A DNA stretch of 64,000 bases, taken from Harriotta raleighana. Lineage: Eukaryota. The stretch's first letter is position 1. Each line of letters opens with the position of its first letter. Positions 58,283-64,000 of this stretch are shown here, one piece after another. The stretch covers positions 528,319-592,318 of the forward strand of contig JBNZDD010013498.1 of NCBI GenBank assembly GCA_050575255.1, in the 5' to 3' direction. A program made the translations under genes and the position numbers. Under the pieces are notes generated by a model that worked only from the letters and a program-made list of their open reading frames with translations, ran no database searches and had not been told where the DNA came from.

Positions 58283-60585
58283 AAATGGACCACCTCCCTC
58301 TTTTGTATGGTATTGATGTGATCTAGAATTACCTTCATTGATAGTCACCACCTTACTCCCATTACATGCCATTATGATCTAAGAAAACATATTAACATCT
58401 TTTTGAATGAAAAGTGCGCTGACAATGCAAGTTTTTCTGTAAAACATGTTCCTTCTAGATTGCCAGAGAGTCATTGTTCTGATAGCTCACAGTTTCCCAT
58501 TATTACACTGCATCTAAAAGGGTAATACATATACTGACAGTTAGGACTTTCAGATAGTTCCTTTTCTGAATAAAGTGATGATTTTTTTTCAGATTCATCC
58601 GCAAAAATAAACGGTCCAACAGTCATTTGAATAAACAATTTGATCTTCTCCATAGACGATCTTACAGGTTCCTGCAGCTCAGATGTACATTAACATGAGC
58701 ACTCACAAGATGGTGAGCAGCCTTTGATCTCAGCATGTGAGTATTTTTTTTGTGACAAGTCATCAGCAAATCTCACTTCTAGCCAAAGCTTCCAAGGAAT
58801 CCAACAAGCTATAATTAACACAGCGAATATGATCATTGAGAAGGAACCTGGACTGAATTAATGTGCAGCAATTTGTGAGCAATTTTTCACTTTCATGAAT
58901 TTCTCATTTTGATAAATCTTTCATGTTCCAAAACCCAAGAAAGCTACATTTTGGTATTCCAGGGTGCCTGTGAGTTCCACTGTGATGTTACAACGCAATA
59001 GGTTGTAGCATTTAGAAGCCAAAAACACATTCATCCTTTCACCCATTTGAGGTTGATCATCCGAACACCATATCTAGCAATAACTTTCAATTGATTCCGA
59101 GGAGATAGGCGTGCCTACGACAGGGAGATCCAGAGCAATGGTAACCTTTGTTGATGGCGTACCAGCCTGTGTGGCTCATGAACGAGACTTGGAAGTTTAG
59201 ACATATCCTCAGTATAGAAATGTAATTATTCTTTGTGGGTAGGTGGCCCTTGTACCTCAAGTCCTGTGAACATTTACGAGCTGCAGTGTTGCTATTAAGT
59301 TTATCCTGTTAGTGTGCAGATGTTACACAATTCTCAAAAATAATACAGTGCAGGCTTCTGTTAGTAGCATCACTTTTGCCCCAGAGAGAAAATATTCCAT
59401 CGAACAAAATAACTACACAAGTGTTAAAGTGATAAATGGAATCTGCAATAAAATGTCACATTTTAAACCCAATTTGATTCTGCTGTACAGTATTAGGAGT
59501 TAGCCAGACATTTGCTTATTTAATGTAGGTACACAGCATATCAGTGTCACAAAAGAGTTTTACTGTAATTGTAACTGAAAGTCGCTTTTAATGTGACTCT
59601 TAAATCTCATGTTCAGATTCCATCAAAGTAATTGATGCTTGCACCAATCCACTGAAGTAGCCTTTTTGGTGATATGTTACTTTTGAAAAGGGACAAGAAT
59701 TCTTTGAACTTTCCCAATAAATTTGGCAAAGCTGACAACGATATAAGACTGACAGATGGATATGGTGGGATGTGTGTGGTTTTGATAAAGATGTGATCAA
59801 ACATAACACTGAATAATTATTGTATCTATGCATCACACAAGGTTGCCTGGAACAACTTCAGAAAGGAAAGGTGTGGATTCATGTATACTTCCTGTATCTG
59901 TGAAAAAAACACATATGATTATGTTTGATTGATTGTCAATGATTTGATTGACTGTCAGAGTTATGATTGGAGCAGTATCCATTATTTCAACCACATACGA
60001 ATATAAAGAATGGATAATGAATGGGACTTAAGCATCTTAAATCTCTTACTGTAACTATTAATGGACCATACAAAATGTGAGTCAGTAACCTTAGTAATAC
60101 AATACATTCTAACTTAATTTTTTTTAATGTTTTATGATCAGAAATGAGGTGCAAGCATTTTAACTGACAAAGCTGAAATTCTAATAAGTAGAATAACTGT
60201 TCCATTTGATTTTTATCACACTAAACCTATTTACGTTTGGTTGTATTTTGCTGGGTTTTTTACCCCTCCATTTTCTTGTTTAAGTGGCCTTTCTTCCTAT
60301 ATCTATTCCTATCTATGATTCTATGATCTATGAGCACAAAATATCAGTAGCTATTCGTGTTTAGAGGGCAGTCCAATCAAACAGGATAACATCCATAATC
60401 ATGTACTTTCCTGAATACTATCAGAAATAAGAGCCTGAGCTATTTCCCCCCTCTCTCCTGTGTACGTTACTTAGAGTTACAAAAGATGATGTGGTTACCA
60501 CTGATCCATTGGGAAAGTCCATTTAGTGCATAGAGAATGCATAGCTGCTCCTGAATTATTTTTACAGTGCAGCAACCTGTACTTG

Positions 60586-61021
60586 TAATAATAATCTTTA
60601 ACATTTTTCACGTCTTACGGATGTCTCAAAGCGCTACACAGAATGTAATAATAACAATAATAAATAATAATCCTTGCATTTAATATAGAGCTTTCACATC
60701 TTCCAGACATCTCAAAACGCTTCACAGAATATACAGTAAAGTGAATTTATTGTATATTTGTGGGCGAAACACGGCAGCCAATCGCACACAGCAGTGTCCC
60801 ACAAATAGTTAGGGTTTGAAATGACCAATTTATTATAGTTTTTTTTATGGACGGATTATTATTAGGTATGTAGAGTAAGGAAACTTGCCCAAGCTTTTGC
60901 CCTGACCTGCCTGGATTCGAAACACAAATCTCACGCTTGTAAGGTGAGTGCTCTAACCACTGAGCTGCATGACTCCACAGGTCACTGTAAGGTGAATTGA
61001 CTGCATTCTTGTGGGCGAAAC
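60586..61021 (-). mobile_element. Older SINE family A tail split (60586-60646 and 60978-61021) by a younger copy
   Basis: aagcgctacacagaatgt | cactgtaaggtgaattgactgc rejoin into the consensus. Confidence 0.7.
60647..60977 (-). mobile_element. Full-length SINE family A
   Basis: Head tggagtcatgcagctcagtggttagagcactcaccttacaagcgtgag, body and (ATT)n tail. Confidence 0.92.
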
Positions 61022-62475
61022 TTCAAGAATAAACAATCTTGAAATAATTTCAGAATTCATTACTGTGCTAAGTTATGTTTGTTTTGAAACAGCTCGGGAA
61101 AGGCAGAATACCGTTTTTAAATTAAACATGTCTGTTGGTGGTCATGCGTTGTAAAGCCAGGCATTAAGAACTCTATAAAGTTAAGAAAATTTAGAATGTG
61201 TCTACAAATGCATTAGCAAATTACTAAAACATTGAAAGTTTCAGACACATGATAATAGCACTTGTCTCATTAAGAAATTCACCAAGAAATAGTGCAAATG
61301 AAGATGCCCTGTGTGATGTATACAGTGTTGCGCATGTTTCAAAACTCAGAGAGATCAAACTTGCCTGAAAATCAGTGTCCTGTAACCAGTAACAATGACA
61401 ATTGCTGCGAGATTAATGGTTTGATCATTTGAAAATCCAACTTTAATGGACCAACAAAGAATCATCCGTGCTTGTGATTTCCAAATATGTTTGAAAAAAT
61501 ACTTGTTACTTTCTGTTCATGGAAATGAGAGCTTGTTATCAGTCACACGTACATAAGTCTCTGGCGTATTATTGGTTCATTTAGCATAGGGTTCCAACTG
61601 GTGTGTTTTATATGAATTCAGCACAACAGTCCAACCTCTTACTCGCTCTCAATCTATAAAACAAAATGTGGCTGTACTTAATGTGCAATGAAGGAATTTA
61701 ATCCTGTAAAAAATAGCAAAATGCTTTTTGCAGACAAATCCATTTACAGGCATCATCAACTATGTGTATGGAAATTTGCATTAGAACTTCCAGTCACTGT
61801 TTTGGCCTTTTTAACGCTAATACATTTCTCTATAATTTCAGTCACACTGTGAAATGGCATCATTACGTCCCACAGGGTACAGAACCAATTACTGGAACTC
61901 TATGAAAAATTCCATGTGACAAAAAGACTTTCAATTTAACGTAATGTGATCTGCTGTAAATTACAAATTGTTAAACAAATGCCTGGGACAATAAAAATAA
62001 CTATATTTCATCCAGTATATCCAAAGGCAAGGATCTATTTGATTATAAATCAGATAGCAGGAAAATTACATTGTGTATTGATGCCACAGGATTCCACAGT
62101 CATGACTTCTGTAATGATTTTGATGCGTGTTTTTTGCATGTTTTAAATTGGAAATGGTGAGGATACTTTGTTCAATGGACTAATGTCTGTGTTCATTACC
62201 TCCCACCAGGAAGACATAGCATTTGCTTGACTGGGTTCATTGTTTCCAACTTTCCTATGCTACAGCTATAAATTATCTTAAATGATCAAAGATCAGTACC
62301 TACAGGCCTGAAGATGAACTGATCACATTTTCAGAGCAAACACTGTGTTCTTTCTTGAGATATTGCAAATTATTATTATTATTATTAATTCAGCTTTCAG
62401 CTTCAGTTCATTTTCACCTTCTCCATATCCCTTACACCCACCTGGTTTCCTTATCTTATCTCACTGTGTTTGAGT

Positions 62476-62543
62476 AGCGCCTTGGGACGTCCTCCTGACG
62501 TGAAACGCGCTCTATAAGTGTAATTTTGTTGTTGTTGTTGTTG
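62476..62543 (+). mobile_element. L2 tail-only insertion with target-site duplication
   Basis: agcgccttgggacgtcctcctgacgtgaaacgcgct...(GTT)n with ttgagta on both sides. Confidence 0.85.
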
Positions 62544-62638
62544 AGTACTTGACTAAATCAATGAGCCTGGATAGTGAGAAGTGGTCTAGATGATATTGAG
62601 GGCCATCACAGGTAAACCCTATTATGGCTTCATTTAAC

Positions 62639-62818
62639 ATAATAATAATAATCCTTGCATTTGATATATCGCTTTTCATGTCTTATTGCTGTCTCAAAGC
62701 GCTTCACAGAATATACTGTTAAGTGAATTGACTGTATATTTTGTGGGTGAAACGCGGCAGCCAATTGCACACAGCAGTGTCCCACAAACGGTTGTGGATT
62801 GAAATAACCAATTTTTAT
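62639..62818 (-). mobile_element. SINE family A, 3' half
   Basis: (AAT)n ccttgcatttgatat...gcagccaattgcacacagcagtgtcccacaaac. Confidence 0.88.
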
Positions 62819-63051
62819 TATTGTAGTACAGTAAGTTGCAAACCTCCAATAAAAGATCAGTGAATGAATCCTGGATGAATTTGCCCTTTGACATGTTGGA
62901 TGCATTGAGAACAACATGAATGATAAAATAATACTCCTTTTTTTTTAAGGTGCTAAATCTGGTAATCTTATGTACAATATCCACTATAGCTATTAAATTG
63001 GTGCCTTGCTTATATATAGTTAACTGCTTAAAGTCATGGTAATACCCCACA

Positions 63052-63213
63052 TTATAGAATCATAGAATCTTACGACACAAAAGAGGCCATTTGGCCCTTT
63101 GAGTCTGTGCCAGCTCTTTGAAAAGAGCAATTCAATCCCACTCCCCAGCTCTCTCCCCATAACTGCCAAACCCGTCCTCCCCAAATAAATGTCTAGTTCT
63201 CTTTTACAATCAT
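63052..63213 (-). mobile_element. CR1 3' end
   Basis: atagaatcatagaatc tail; minus ORF KRELDIYLGRTGL. Confidence 0.85.
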
Positions 63214-63264
63214 TAGTGAACCAATTCATGGTGTTTTGGAATTGTGAGTCATGGATATACATGT

Positions 63265-63411
63265 TTTTTTGGGGGACAATGCTTTGTGCAATTGGTTGCC
63301 ACATTTCGCACAAAAATATACAATCAAGTCACTTTACAGAATATCCTGTGAAGCGCTTTGAGATGTGTTCAAGACCCGAAAATGCTATATCAAATGAAAG
63401 GATTATTATTA
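63265..63411 (+). mobile_element. SINE family A 3' part
   Basis: caattggttgcc...tgtgaagcgctttgag...gctatatcaaatgaaaggattattatt. Confidence 0.8.
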
Positions 63412-63799
63412 TATATCTTCCTATGCCACTAAACAGCCATTCTTAACCATGCTGCCAAAGTGCTGCTAAGTATCTGGGCACTTGTATACTGAGGGGAGGT
63501 GGCGGAGAGGTGGAAATTGTGAGAGAGAATTATCATCAAGCTGCTCTTTAGTATCTAACAACAATACTGGCAGAAATCCCAAAGCAGATCACCCACACAT
63601 TCTAGCAGCCACGAAGGTTGTACAACAGAAGCCATGGCCACATAATTTTCCTACCCGCATTTCAATTGAATTCTTCCAAATAGTTTTCGGAATTGTGTAA
63701 TTAATATCCATTTAAGTTTAAAGCAACGAAGCGTTGCTAGTGCTGAATTAAAATGAAGCTATCGACTGTTTATATCTTTTATTGGTTCTCGCTTCATTA

Positions 63800-64000
63800 G
63801 TGGAATTAAGAGGCAATTTTTTCACCCAGAGGGTAGTGGAAATCTGGAACTATCTCTCCCAAATGGCTGTGGATGCTGAATCCATTCACATTTTCGAGGC
63901 GGCATTGGTTAGGTATTTGTTTTAGTCAGGGATTATGTGATCCAGGCCAACAGTGGGCAATAGGATTTGAGGTAAAGATCAGCCATGGTCTTATAGAATG
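63800..64000 (+). mobile_element. CR1 3' end (cut by window end)
   Basis: NFFTQRVVEIWNYLSQMAVDAESI..F and gatcagccatgg UTR. Confidence 0.85.

Noticed and set aside
1985-63700. Remaining 60-115 aa ORFs in the track
   Set aside because: Lengths and composition fit chance ORFs in AT-rich DNA or translations of SINE and LINE copies; none is recognisable

Overview
AT-rich, repeat-rich vertebrate genomic DNA from a draft assembly. The repeat set (young CR1 LINEs with (AATCTATG)n tails, L2 LINE fragments, a tRNA-headed SINE with a Deu-like body and L2-type tail, AmnSINE2-like and SacSINE1/DeuSINE-like relics) points to a cartilaginous fish; that is an inference. I find no host protein-coding gene, rRNA, genuine tRNA or CRISPR array. 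The only recognisable protein sequence is CR1 and L2 ORF2 debris. The window reads as a large intron or gene desert: repeats alternate with repeat-free islands rich in developmental TF motifs (candidate conserved non-coding enhancers). It also holds a complete MER6-like Tigger element, a perfect DR2 nuclear-receptor element, a divergent pair of CTCF-like motifs, and many ~60-bp L2 tail-only insertions whose stem-loop covaries with the SINE tail. Six duplications next to Ns are most likely assembly artefacts. Repeat family names come from my recall of consensus sequences, not a database search, and boundaries of decayed copies are approximate. I cannot claim a new biological system from this window.
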